A stretch of 64,000 nt of DNA, taken from NCBI GenBank assembly GCA_963575745.1, contig CAUYUJ010000015.1, positions 558,001 through 622,000 on the forward strand, given 5' to 3'. A program made the position numbers and the translations under genes. The notes under the pieces are model-generated. The model had not been told where the DNA came from, ran no database searches, and worked only from the letters and a program-made list of their open reading frames with translations. This DNA is from Prorocentrum cordatum. Taxonomy: Eukaryota. Below are positions 23,899 through 35,065 of this stretch, one piece after another (within the stretch, counting starts at the first letter, position 1; every line of letters begins with the position of its first letter).

Positions 23899-26271
23899 AT
23901 GTCCGAAAGGACAGTCCCAGCCACAACAGAGATCCTACACAGTGAAGGTATCATAACTCTATCTCTGTATACTGGCCATGTAAGGGACCCTACGAGAAGC
24001 AATGGTGTTAAGAACCACCTCGACACTGAGCCCGGCAAATGCCGTTTTGCCGAGCCGTTCAAACTCCCAGATGATCATGACCCCGAGGGCCGCAATGCGC
24101 CAGCTTGGTGGAAACCCTTACCCAGGCCTGGGGAGGGCCAAGCTTCGGCATCGGGTGGCCGTCAGGGCGCTCACGCCAGGCCACCGCGACCACGAGCCTT
24201 TGGGAACACTGATCCTACATCTGGCGCCAGCAGTTACGACATACTGCGAGACGCGCCCGAGCGTGGAAACACGCCCTCCGCGTCTTCAGGCGAGCCGCCA
24301 CAAGTAGCGGCCCGCCGCGGTCGCCTACAAGGCGTACCACCACCACCAGATACAGTTGACGAAGGAGACCGACTGCGGAGAGCCACGAGGAACCCTCTTA
24401 CCTCAGACGGGTCGGGGGCTCCACGACTGCCCGACTGGGCGAGATTTGACATCCAACACAGTCTGCAAAACCTCCGTAGTCACGAACCTCACGTAGTCAA
24501 AAAGGAACTCCGTAAACTGCACTTACGGTGGCATCATGCGAAGGAACCCAAGATGAGGCTGATCCTAGACAAAGTGGGATTGCACAACGTTCGATTAAAT
24601 ATGTTCGAAGAAATCTGTGACACATGTCGGGAATGTAGAGCATGGGAACGTCCAGGTAATTCTACGCTACCTTCCATAAGCCTTCCTGGAAATTGGCTTG
24701 ACGAAGGCGAAGTAGATCTCATGTTTTACAGGCAACGAACCATATTTCATATTATGGACCGACGCATCCGCCTGGCAGCAGGCCAAAAGATTTCTGATAG
24801 AGAACGTGACACTATACTCGACGCCTACCACTACTGCTGGATTGCCCATCATGGACCCTTCAAAGTCTTGTATTCAGATGGAGAAGGCGCCCTCAACAAT
24901 GACACTGCCAAGGCCACGATGGCGAACAAGGGTACGCCACTTCGTATCCGAGCGCCTGGCCAACACGCGATCTCGATCGAGTCACGCAACGGCATTCTTA
25001 GGGGTACTCTCCATATGATTGAGGAAGAACTGAACAGACACAACATCCCTGTTGTATTTACTAGAGTATTTGCTGAAGGCATCTTCGTCACCAACGCTTT
25101 CACGTTTTACCACGGAGCATCGCCATGCCAAGCACACACTGGGCGACAGCCCTCCTTTCTTCCTGACCTCGACACCCTTAACTTCCCTAAGGGACCCGAG
25201 ACGTCAGGCCACGAACGAGAACGCCGCGTGAGGGAAGTTAGCCTGGAAGCAATAACTCAAGCAACGGCGGTAGCTGAGACAAATCGTGCTCTCAGGGCTA
25301 AGACGGCCCCAGATGGTGCTCGCCTTTACTCAGCAGGGGACTCGGTCGACTATCACCGACCTACAGCCACTAAGGACGACCATGGAGGCTGGAATGGCCC
25401 GTTTCCTGTGATCCGTAACGTGCCTGAACGAGGACACGTCGTCGTCAAGGCAGGATCACGCGAGGTAATTGCAATGTACCCTGAAGCTTGCCACACGCTA
25501 TACATTGAATGCCTCCTTGCCGGGGAACTTGGCATGGACAACATGGCCATGCAAACCGTCCTTACATATGTGGCACACCTTGGCGCAGGGAAACCTGCCA
25601 AAGTCTTTGGCTATATTCCAGACTACAAGGGAAACCTCAATCTTTTGGACGACAGCAAGTTCCACCCGCGCGTGCATCTTGCACTGCAGTATCTCGTGCG
25701 AAATTATTTCCGAGTTGAACGTGTCGTAGCCGTGAGATTGGCCAAGAACGTGTCAAATTTACCCGCAGTAAAGTACGCCACCGGGTCTACACTCATCCAC
25801 TACGACAACGATGTTAACCCAGCCTTCCACTATTATGAGTGTGGGGGCACCGGCCTGAACATCTCTCAAAACACTGGTAGCACTCACTCCAGACTCATCC
25901 AGTGCCTGACGTCACAAGTTCCTTCCCTAGGAGTTCATGATGACCTTGCCAAGTATCAGCACTTGGGCACAACGTCTGGAGAACACGACCAGCCTGGAGA
26001 CACGCCTCCACCAGACACCCCAGGTGCTTCATCACCAAGTGAGGGTCGCCTGTCTACAATCTACGAAGACAGCGAGGAACATGACATCGAGGCTATGATG
26101 ATGGAGGAGTGGTACGATGAGTTACGTATGGACCTTCATCCCGCAACGGTTATCAACGATCATCTCTACTGCGTCCCAACAACTATGCTGCCCGACCAAT
26201 GTGTTTTGGTCTCAGCATCCGTGGACGAGGAAGATACCGTAGTGTCGGAGATGCTCGGAGACGAGCCTTAA
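23899..26271 (+). CDS. Integrase (HHCC zinc finger plus DDE core); ends in an in-frame TAA before RT
   Basis: LHLRWHHA...CRECRAW; VDLMFY, YSDGEG, IESRNGIL; WNGPFPV. Confidence 0.88.
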   Translation: MSERTVPATTEILHSEGIITLSLYTGHVRDPTRSNGVKNHLDTEPGKCRFAEPFKLPDDHDPEGRNAPAWWKPLPRPGEGQASASGGRQGAHARPPRPRAFGNTDPTSGASSYDILRDAPERGNTPSASSGEPPQVAARRGRLQGVPPPPDTVDEGDRLRRATRNPLTSDGSGAPRLPDWARFDIQHSLQNLRSHEPHVVKKELRKLHLRWHHAKEPKMRLILDKVGLHNVRLNMFEEICDTCRECRAWERPGNSTLPSISLPGNWLDEGEVDLMFYRQRTIFHIMDRRIRLAAGQKISDRERDTILDAYHYCWIAHHGPFKVLYSDGEGALNNDTAKATMANKGTPLRIRAPGQHAISIESRNGILRGTLHMIEEELNRHNIPVVFTRVFAEGIFVTNAFTFYHGASPCQAHTGRQPSFLPDLDTLNFPKGPETSGHERERRVREVSLEAITQATAVAETNRALRAKTAPDGARLYSAGDSVDYHRPTATKDDHGGWNGPFPVIRNVPERGHVVVKAGSREVIAMYPEACHTLYIECLLAGELGMDNMAMQTVLTYVAHLGAGKPAKVFGYIPDYKGNLNLLDDSKFHPRVHLALQYLVRNYFRVERVVAVRLAKNVSNLPAVKYATGSTLIHYDNDVNPAFHYYECGGTGLNISQNTGSTHSRLIQCLTSQVPSLGVHDDLAKYQHLGTTSGEHDQPGDTPPPDTPGASSPSEGRLSTIYEDSEEHDIEAMMMEEWYDELRMDLHPATVINDHLYCVPTTMLPDQCVLVSASVDEEDTVVSEMLGDEP

Positions 26272-26379
26272 TTACAAGAGCCTTGTCTTATCTCTCTATG
26301 CTCGACTACACCTGACGAGGGAAATTCTCTTGACAGTGATGAACATGGTCCTTATGTTGAGTTTTGTTTCACACCAGAA

Positions 26380-28215
26380 ATGTTAGTGGTAGTGTTGGAT
26401 CAGACCCAACTTGCACATTTTGAAACTGACATGGTCGCAACGATGAGAGCATATGTATCATCGGCTGCTAAACGTGCTGCGGTAGTCAAGGAAGACGACC
26501 TACTCACCGAAGCCGATATAGCAGCACACCCTAAAGAGGTTAGTGAAGTTTTGTACACCGAACTCAAGATCTGGCTTGACAACCGGTGCTTTGAGATGTA
26601 TGACCTATCTAAAGCTTCCAACATCATGACATCCAGATATGTATACAAGTGGAAGTTCGTGAAGGTAGGAACCGAGAACGTTAACACCATCCGTCTCAGA
26701 CTTGTCCTTCGCGGATTCATGGACACGGAGGCGTTCGATGTAGAAACCTTCTCAGGAACTGCTCGAAGACAGTCCCAGAGGCTCCTGGCAAGGGAGGCGG
26801 CATGTCATCCAGAATGGATCTTAGCATCTATGGATATCGACAAAGCGTTCCTCAAAGGTCTGACCTATGAGGAACTTGCTCATGCCACCGGCGAGGAAAC
26901 TCGCATGGTTTGCTTCACTCTTCCACCAGGAAGTGCCCATGTGCTTCGTGCACTACCAGGCTTCTCTTCTTACGATGAAAGCCGACACTGCCTCAGGTGC
27001 CTCAAGCCAGGAACGGGTACAAAGGACGCCCCAAGAGCGTTCTCCCTCAAGCTTCGTACGACTACACGAGCTAGAGGCCTCACACCGACAAGTTATGATC
27101 CTGAGTTTGAATTCAGTCAGGATCTGTTAGCGGCAAAACATGTCGACGATATCAACATGACAGGCCTAGAGAAAAACGTAGATGACTATGTACAACGTGT
27201 CGAACAGGTGTTTGGTAAAAGCAAGCTCAACAAACATTATTATACGAACTGCGCCGTTCGCTACACTAAGAAAAAACGAGGGGATGTGAGCATGGATCAG
27301 GACGAGTACATTAAACAACTACGTCCTACCACACACCCTGAGCTTACGGGAGCGGCGGCCGACGCCAAAGCTACCAAACTCATCACCGACATGTTCGCTA
27401 GCCTGCGAGAAGCTCTCGCCTATGCCCTTCTTACTCCAGTCTGGCTTATGGTGCACGTGGTCTCTCTCCAGAAGATCCAAGAGCCCACCAACTTACAAGT
27501 CAGACGACTGAATGCTGTGACGCGAAAGCTGATCAGCAGCCCGAAACGCATCACCTTCCCTCGGATGAAACCGACGAATGAAGTAGACATACACAGTGAT
27601 TCGGGGTATCGGAAGCTCACTGGGGAGGAGGACGATGAGACCAAGGGCTACGGCATTCGTGGGGCTAACGTATTACGGCGAGGAAACTCGCCTCAAGGCA
27701 AATCCGTCACTCACCTTTGCGACGGACGATGCAAATCACACCGACTGCAGGTGAGGTCCAGCTATGCCGCTGAGGCACCTGCAGCTGCACACAATCTTGA
27801 TGAATGTTATCCCACGCTCATCACTCTCCACGAGCTCAAGGCAGGGGCACTTGCTCCACGACAACTACGAGATATGCGTGAAGTTGGAGGCCCAGCTATT
27901 CAAGTATCCCTTACTATAGACGCTGAGTCTGTATACAAATCGCTATCCAGCAAAGATCTTAAGTTACCGACGGAACGGACTTTGCTGGGACATATCAGCT
28001 GGATACGTGAGCTCATGGATATAGGTATAGTGCATAACGCACAGTGGTGTAATATTAGAGACATGACCGCAGATGGGCATACAAAGGGGAGTATCAATCG
28101 GGAGCTGCTTTTGGAAGTGATGTCAGGCACTCAGTCATTTAAGTATGACGTGAAGCAGTTTGTTCCCTTTCGGGGTCCTGAGGACAGAAGTAAGCCTAAG
28201 TCGAATCAGTTTTAG
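26380..28215 (+). CDS. pol: Copia-type reverse transcriptase and RNase H
   Basis: SRYVYKWK, RLRLVLRGF, DIDKAFL, LKPGTGTKDAPRAF, HVDD; RNase H HSDS, SSYAAE, IDAESV, ADGHTK. Confidence 0.93.
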   Translation: MLVVVLDQTQLAHFETDMVATMRAYVSSAAKRAAVVKEDDLLTEADIAAHPKEVSEVLYTELKIWLDNRCFEMYDLSKASNIMTSRYVYKWKFVKVGTENVNTIRLRLVLRGFMDTEAFDVETFSGTARRQSQRLLAREAACHPEWILASMDIDKAFLKGLTYEELAHATGEETRMVCFTLPPGSAHVLRALPGFSSYDESRHCLRCLKPGTGTKDAPRAFSLKLRTTTRARGLTPTSYDPEFEFSQDLLAAKHVDDINMTGLEKNVDDYVQRVEQVFGKSKLNKHYYTNCAVRYTKKKRGDVSMDQDEYIKQLRPTTHPELTGAAADAKATKLITDMFASLREALAYALLTPVWLMVHVVSLQKIQEPTNLQVRRLNAVTRKLISSPKRITFPRMKPTNEVDIHSDSGYRKLTGEEDDETKGYGIRGANVLRRGNSPQGKSVTHLCDGRCKSHRLQVRSSYAAEAPAAAHNLDECYPTLITLHELKAGALAPRQLRDMREVGGPAIQVSLTIDAESVYKSLSSKDLKLPTERTLLGHISWIRELMDIGIVHNAQWCNIRDMTADGHTKGSINRELLLEVMSGTQSFKYDVKQFVPFRGPEDRSKPKSNQF

Positions 28216-28609
28216 TCTGTCCTTGTTGCCCCCCGCGGTCCAGTTTACCAGCACGGGCGCCTAATACAGAGGCGCCATCCTAGCTGCTCGGAAACGAGCC
28301 CTACTTTTCACGCTTGGCAACGAGCCTGTTCAGATTGATTCAGGCTATTTGCTTTATTACCTTTTGCCTGGAGAGGAATAGCCTGTTTGGCTTACCTCTA
28401 GCCGGGCCGACAGCCCTTTTGATGTCAAATGGGCTATCCTGCGCATGTGTGAAAGTGTTTTGCGTGGAAATTCGCCGGCGAAAAATTTCGCCCTACAGTC
28501 TGGTGTTAGGCCAGACTGTGCGCATTGTTTTTCTTGCAAACAGTTGCGCGCGCGGCCTTTCTAGAGCCTGACGGCTGCGCGGCTATACTCTCCGTCTCCT
28601 CCCCACCCG

Positions 28610-28842
28610 ACTTCAAGGGTAGCTCTTTGGGAGATGTTATAGAGGATCGGGAGTATAGCCCGCGCGCCGTTGCCTTTGGCTCAAGGCACGCGCGCCCTAT
28701 TTGCCCGGACACTGCGAGTGTTCGCTACGTGCTGGAAAGATCATTACATCGATCTTATCCTATCTTATCCGTCCATTCCCCATACTGAACCAACACAGCA
28801 TGGCATTGGACGCTATTTGATTTATCATAGTCATTTCAGACT
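28610..28842 (+). repeat. 3' LTR (233 bp)
   Basis: Direct repeat of 12744-12976, followed by GCCCC. Confidence 0.93.
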
Positions 28843-28847
28843 GCCCC

Positions 28848-29450
28848 CCCTCTTAAGGGGCCGAGTCGCCGTGGCCCCGCGCGAGGGCTTTGAGGCCCCC
28901 GGGGCCAGCGGGCGGGCCTCCGCATGCGCCCAGGGCGATAGGGTAGAACACGAGGGCGAAATTACCCTATCGCCCCCCGCTTCCGCCGGGGCCGCCGCGA
29001 ACGAGCTGTCGGCAGCGCGGGCCATTGTTTATGGTCTCCTGCGACATGCCGATCACTGCGGCTCGGACTTTCGGCTAGACACAGGTCTGCCGTTCCGGGC
29101 CAAGGTGTGGCCTCGAGCCCCAATTTCTTCAGACCGATGGGCGTGGCAGACGGTGCTCGCCCATGGATGGAAGGGGCAAGGGCGGCACATCTACGAATTG
29201 GAGATGCAGGAAGTGTTGGAGGCACTGAAATGGTTCGCTCGGAAGGCGGATCGGCACCACTCGCGCCTCGGCATTCCCATCGACTCCCAGGTGGTCCTCT
29301 CGGTGTGCGCGAAGGGGAGGTCCTCGTCGCGAAGGCTGAACCACCTGGTTCAGCGCATAGACGCACAGATTATCGCATGTAACCTCTACCCCTTCTACGG
29401 CTACGTGACCAGCAAGATGAACCCTGCGGATGCCCCCTCGCGACAGCGCG
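28848..29450 (+). pseudogene. C-terminal part of DIRS pol: second half of RNase H
   Basis: HIYELEM, IDSQVVL..AKGRSSS and YVTSKMNPADAPSR; the first catalytic motif ATDASESGGG is at ~11572-11601. Confidence 0.82.
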
Positions 29451-29619
29451 AGCGTGGGCGTCCGCCAGACCCCTCCGAGGAGGTTTGCGCAGCGCCCCCA
29501 GGTCGGCCTTCCGAGGCCCCGGGTAGGCTCGCTGTCCGACACGGGCGGCTGAGCGACCTGCCAGTGGCGCGCTCCAGACCAGTCGGCGGGGCAGTGCAGG
29601 TCTGTTGATGACGCCGTAA

Positions 29620-30430
29620 ATGATTCTACCTAGCTGTAGAAGGGAGGCAAGGGCCAGCGCCCGTTTGGCACTCGGCCGCTTGGAGGATCAGGTCGTTAAA
29701 CCGGCCACCCTCCGACGCTACCGGGCGCAGGTGGAAGCTTTCCGTGCTTGGCAGAGGTCAGAGCAGGAGCCCCCTGACGATCCCGACGACACTGATCAGA
29801 GTGCAATGGAGTACCTCGAAAAGCTTTGGGCCGAAGGTGAGCCTAAAAGCTACGCCAACGATCTGGTGGCAGGGCTCCAGCACTTTGCCCCGCGCCTCCG
29901 CCGAAGGCTCAACGGAAGCTGGAGGCTGTTGGGCGCGTGGGCTAAAGCTGAGCTCCCGGCTCGAGCCCCCACCATGCCGCGTGCCGTCGCCATAGGGCTG
30001 ACTGGCTACGTTGCGGCAATGCATAACTTTGCCGTGGGGGTGGTGTGGCTCGTCGGATTCCATTGTTTTCTCAGGTCAGGGGAGATGTTCGGCATCCGCG
30101 CGCGCGACGTCTCGTTCGCGCGGGACTACAGTTCAGCCGTCATCAACCTGGGCCTCACCAAGACTGGGAAGCGCCAAGGTGCTTCTGAGAGCGTCACGGT
30201 CTGGGACGGTGTGGTCCTCGCAGCCCTCCGAAGCTTGGTGCAGAAGCGGAGGCCCGGCGAGCTGCTGGCCCCCCTTTCGGGACCGGGCCAGCGAGCGCTG
30301 TTCAAAAAAGCTCGCAAAGAGCTGGGCCTCCGCGACCACGAACTTAGCCTCTACAGTTTCTGGCGGGGTGGCGCCACCCACGATTTCGGGTACCACGGCC
30401 TACTGTGGAAGGCCAGCGCTAGGGTGTGGG
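29620..30430 (+). pseudogene. DIRS tyrosine recombinase, C-terminus apparently degenerate
   Basis: FHCFLRSGE, KTGKRQG, YSFWRGGAT; no clear GRW...Y catalytic end; the ORF then runs into a microsatellite. Confidence 0.82.
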
Positions 30431-30566
30431 CCTTTCTCTGGGCCCGCGTCGGAGGCCCCCGCCCTGAGGGCTGGGTTGGGCCTTCGCCGCCCTGTTCCGG
30501 CGCATGGCTTCCTTGGCACTTTGTCTGCCGCTGGCCATTCGAAAAAAAGAGCACACGGGCACGACA

Positions 30567-30611
30567 TCCACATACATATACATATACATATACATATACC
30601 TACACCTACAC

Positions 30612-30648
<37 letters not shown>

Positions 30649-31283
30649 TATACATATACATATACATACACATATGCATGTACATATACATATGCATGTA
30701 AACATGCTTGCATACACATGTTCATCTACAAACACCTATGCGCAGACAAAGACATGTACTCATACCTCTACACATATATATATATATATATATATATATG
30801 ACTATGGATGCGGCGGCGGCAGTGGATAAGGAGCGTCTTCCAGGGGCCCAGACCCTGGCGCATTCCTTCTTGTTTCAGGGAGAGATGTGTGGTCCACGTT
30901 TGGCTGCCCATCGGTCGCGAGACCCTGGTTTCCTTATCGAAGGTATCCTTATCGAAAACCTCCACCGTATACAAGTGCACATGCATAAACATATACATAT
31001 ACACATACACGTACATATACACCTACGTATACACCTACACATAAACATACATATACGTATATGTACACACATACACGTACATGCACATGTGCGTCTACAT
31101 ACATCTACACATAGTATACATACACATGCATATACATGTTCATGTACATGTATACCAGTTCATACATACACATACACATAAACATACAAGTATGTATAAA
31201 TATGTACGTACATGTACTCATACATTTACGTACACCATATATGTAGACATATACATATATGTACACATAACATACACATGCAT
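30567..31283. repeat. (TACATA/TACACA)n and (TA)n low-complexity tracts
   Basis: Direct inspection; interrupted by unique sequence at ~30800-30965. Confidence 0.85.
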
Positions 31284-32540
31284 ATGACGACGCACCAGGC
31301 CTGGAGGCCCTGTGGTCCGTGGCCTGGGCAGGGCCTGGGACCGCCTATGGGCCGCGCCAGATCGTCAGGAAACGTCATAAGAGGGCCATCCAGGCGGCCC
31401 GCGACAGCTCGGGGCCACCCCCAAGACGGTTTCCCAGGGCCCCTCACGGTCACCACGAGCCTGAAGAAGCCTGAAGGACTTGGCGTGGGCGGGATGCATC
31501 CGCAGCTGTATGCGATGAACCGTGATCAGATGAAGCCAGGCCACTGTCTCCCATGGCATGGACAAAAGATGTCCGGGACAGCGCCCATTGCATTACGAGC
31601 AAAGCTCCACCAGATACCGATTGGCCCCATGAACCTTTGCCTCGCGCGCTGCGGTAGCCGTGAGAGTACAACCAGGCCTTTCTCCCCACTTGTTCGCAAT
31701 GCTGCCGCGTCGTCGCCCTTCAAGGGCATTGTCTAGTCCACCCTGCGCGAGTCCCAGGGCCTCCAGCTCGTCATCTGGCACGAAGCGCCCGTGCTGGGAG
31801 TCGAGATCAATGCGCCAGTCGCCCCCGTCGGGTAGGTGGATGCTGCAGCGGGGGTCGTCAGCGCGCCTGTCCACGGCCACGCCGTGCTGCGGCCCCTCCA
31901 AAATGTTCCAGACACACACACACACACACACACACATTTTTAAGTCGGCGGCGCAGAGGAGCCTGAGGCGCGGTCGGTAGGCGGAGTTGCCAACTGCGAA
32001 CGAGCTTAGTCGAACGCGCCATGGTAAAATAATCTAGCCACGGCCATGCAGACTGGCAGTGGACAGAAGGCGGAAAGGGAGGCGCTGCAAAGCCAAAGTG
32101 CAGCGGCCAAAGAAACCGCGGAGCGAAAGCTCGACGCAGGCAGCTTCAAGCGCAAACAGAGTCCGGTGCGAATTAAAGCCTCAAGGAGGCAACGAGAAAG
32201 ACTTGCAAGACTGCCAGACCAGTCAACTTGGCGGCGCGGCATACACGCAGGAAAACTGCACGACGAGGCGACGCCACCAACCTTGCAGCGGGCAAGAACC
32301 ACATAAGGCGACCGTGCACCAGAATGCAAAAGGTCGGCGTGACAAAGATGATCACGCGACCGAGGCTGGTCTAACTCTGGACAACAAAAACAGATCCGAA
32401 CGCGGGCCACCGCGAGCAGCAACCGCGAAACGCGACGGCGCACATGGGTGGTGGACGGGCGCGAGGATGACCAACGTGCAGCGCATGCAGACGCCAGAGT
32501 TGAAACAGCACCCCTAAACGCGACCAAAGCCGCGAAGAGC

Positions 32541-32579
32541 TACACAACACACACACACACACATACACGCACGCACCGA

Positions 32580-32627
<48 letters not shown>

Positions 32628-32628
32628 C

Positions 32629-32679
<51 letters not shown>

Positions 32680-32777
32680 TCACCGCATACACATAACACG
32701 CAGAACACACATGAGCCACACGGAACACACCATACACACATAGCACACACAACACACATCCACACACAAAACATAAC

Positions 32778-32833
<56 letters not shown>

Positions 32834-32974
32834 ACACACACACACACACACGTGACATATTAAATGGTGCACATGCGTTTGTATGAGCCCGGGCACGCAC
32901 GTGCCATATATATATATATATATACACACACATACATACATACATACATACATACATACATACATAGATATATA
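32541..32974. repeat. (CA)n/(GCAC)n/(TACA)n compound microsatellite
   Basis: Direct inspection. Confidence 0.9.
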
Positions 32975-33124
32975 CCGGGCTACAGGGCCGAGGGCTCCCT
33001 GGCCAGGACCGCAACCCCCCATGGGGGGATCGGGCCTCCAGGAGCGCCCTTGTCTGGCCCAAGAGTGCCCCAAGAGCGCTCCGCGACAGGCCCAGCAGGC
33101 TCCAAGAGGCCCATGAGGGCGCCA

Positions 33125-34320
33125 AGAGGGCCCCAAGATGCCCAAGATAAGCCCAAGACGGCCAAAGAGGCTCCCAAGACGCTCCAAGAGGCCTTCAAAA
33201 GGTCCCCCCAGAGAGCCCCCAGAGGCCAAAATCGTTCATTTTACGAAGGTTTTGGACACATTTTGCCTCTCCCGCCTTTTCCGCTCTCCGACGCTCCACG
33301 ACGGCTCACAGGCCTCCCGCAGACGCCCAGAGACAGCCCAAGAGGCCTCCAAGAGGGCCTCAAGACGGCTCTGGAGGGCCCCAAGACGGCCCAAGACGCG
33401 CCCAAGACGGGCGAAGAGAGGACCAAGACGGCCCCCAGAGGGCTCCAAGAGGGGAGCCGCGAACCGGAAATTCGAGCCTCCCGCCTCCACAGGGCCCCGG
33501 GAGGCCCCAGAGGGGCGCCAAGAGGCCCCAGGAGATCCCCAAGATAAACCCAAGACGGCCAAAGAGGCCCCGAAGACGCTCCAAGAGGCTTCCAAGAGGC
33601 CCCTCAGAGGGCCCCAAGAGGCCAAAATCGTTCATTTTACGAAGGTTTTGGACACATTTTGCCTCTCCCGCCTTTTCCGCTCTCCGACGCTCCACGACGG
33701 CTCACAGGCCTCCCGCAGACGCTCCAAGACAGCCCAAGAGGCCTCCAAGAGGGCCTCAAGACGGCTCTGGAGGGCCCCAAGACGGCCCAAGACGCGCCCA
33801 AGACGGGCGAAGAGAGGTCCAAGACGGCCCCAAGAGGGCCCCAAGAGGGGAACCGCGAACCAGAAATTCGAGCCGGGCCCCAAGAGGCCCCAGGAGACCC
33901 CCAAGATAACCCCAAGACGGCCAAAGAGGCCCCGAAGACGCTCCAAGAGGCCTCCAAGAGGCCGCCCCCCCAGAGGGCCCCAAGAGGCCAAAATCGCTAA
34001 TTTTACAAAAAAGGTTTTGGATACATTTTGCCTTTCCCGCCTTTTCAGCTTTCCGACGCTCCACGACGGCTCACAGGCCCCCCGCGGACGCCCCAAGACA
34101 GCCCAAGAGGCCTCCAAGAGGGCCTCAAGACGGCTCTGGAGGGCCCCACGACGGCCCAAGACGCGCCCAAGACGGGCGAAGAGAGGACCAAGACGGCCCC
34201 AAGAGGGCTCCAAGGGGGGAACCGCGAACCGGAAATTCGAGCCTCCCGCCTCCACAGGGCCCCGGGAGGCCCCAAAGGAGACACAAGAGGCCCCAGGAGA
34301 CCCCCCAGAGGCACCCAGGA
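33125..34320. repeat. ~3 tandem copies of a ~370-400-bp CCAAGA-rich repeat
   Basis: Block 'ggccaaaatcgttcattttacgaaggttttggacacattttgcctctcccgcc' recurs at ~33223, ~33620 and ~33986. Confidence 0.85.
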
Positions 34321-34734
34321 GGCCCGAACGAGGCTTCACGAGGCTCCCAAACAGCCCCGAGGAACCTTACAACGGACGGTGCGGACGAGCCGATTTTCGG
34401 ACCGCCGCCGCCGCCGGTCCAAGAAAACGGCCCCGGGAGCGTCCGAAGCGTCCCGGAGGGCCCCTGGGACCGCCAGGAACAGTTCGAGACCGCCCAAGAC
34501 GGCCCGCGAGCGCTCCAAGACGCGCATAGATAGCCTCAGGAATGGCCAGGAAGGCCCGAAGACGTTCCAAGAGAGCTCCATGAGGCCCCGAAGGCATCCC
34601 AAGAGGCCTCCCAAGAGAGCGCCGACAAGCCAAAATCTTTATTGTTTTTTAAAGGTTTTTCCCCACATGCTTAGTGGGGTTCTGGTTTTCTTCCCTGCCG
34701 CGCCGCACCCGCGACACACACCTCACTCTTCGTA

Positions 34735-35065
34735 CAGCACAGCACAGCACAGCACATCACAGCACAGCACAGCACAGCACAGCTCAGCTCAGCTCAGCAC
34801 AGCACAAGCACAGCACAGCACAGCACTGCTCAGCATAGCTCAGCACAGCTCAGCTCAGCTCAGCTCAGCTCAGCTCAGCACAGCTCAGCTCAGCTCAGCA
34901 CAGCACAGCACAGCACAGCACTGCTCAGCATAGCTCAGCACAGCTCAGCTCAGCTCAGCACAGCACAGCTCAGCACAGCACAGCACAGCACAGTACAGCA
35001 GAGCACAGCACTGCTCAGCACAGCTCAGCACAGCTCAGCTCAGCTCAGCACAGCACAGCTCAGCT
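34735..35065. repeat. (CAGCA/CAGCT)n pentanucleotide microsatellite
   Basis: Direct inspection. Confidence 0.95.

Larger units (their letters stand above)
12744..28842 (+). mobile_element. Large (16,099 bp) Ty1/Copia-type LTR retrotransposon with Tpt1, RING-H2 and DNMT-like cargo domains
   Basis: Two 233-bp direct LTRs, 5-bp TSD GCCCC (12739-12743 and 28843-28847), PBS, and gag-PR-INT-RT-RH order. Confidence 0.95.
7450..30540 (+). mobile_element. DIRS-like tyrosine-recombinase retrotransposon with C5 DNA methyltransferase, decayed and interrupted by a Copia element; ends approximate
   Basis: Ordered gag-like, RT, RNase H N-half, DNMT, RNase H C-half and tyrosine recombinase motifs. The reading frame is restored across the Copia insertion. 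Termini not defined; flanked by microsatellites. Confidence 0.85.

Noticed and set aside
30798..30960. Terminal repeat of the DIRS element matching ~7450-7570
   Set aside because: Only a few short shared words; no alignable direct or inverted repeat seen.
31285..32520. Unique GC-rich fragments between microsatellites as possible exons
   Set aside because: No recognisable motifs or consistent frame; cannot be supported without a search.
33138..34933. Long Arg/Pro-rich ORFs in CCAAGA repeats (also 37.5-39.5 kb, 52.9-54.2 kb, 62.5-63.5 kb)
   Set aside because: Stop-poor tandem repeats with no domain motifs.
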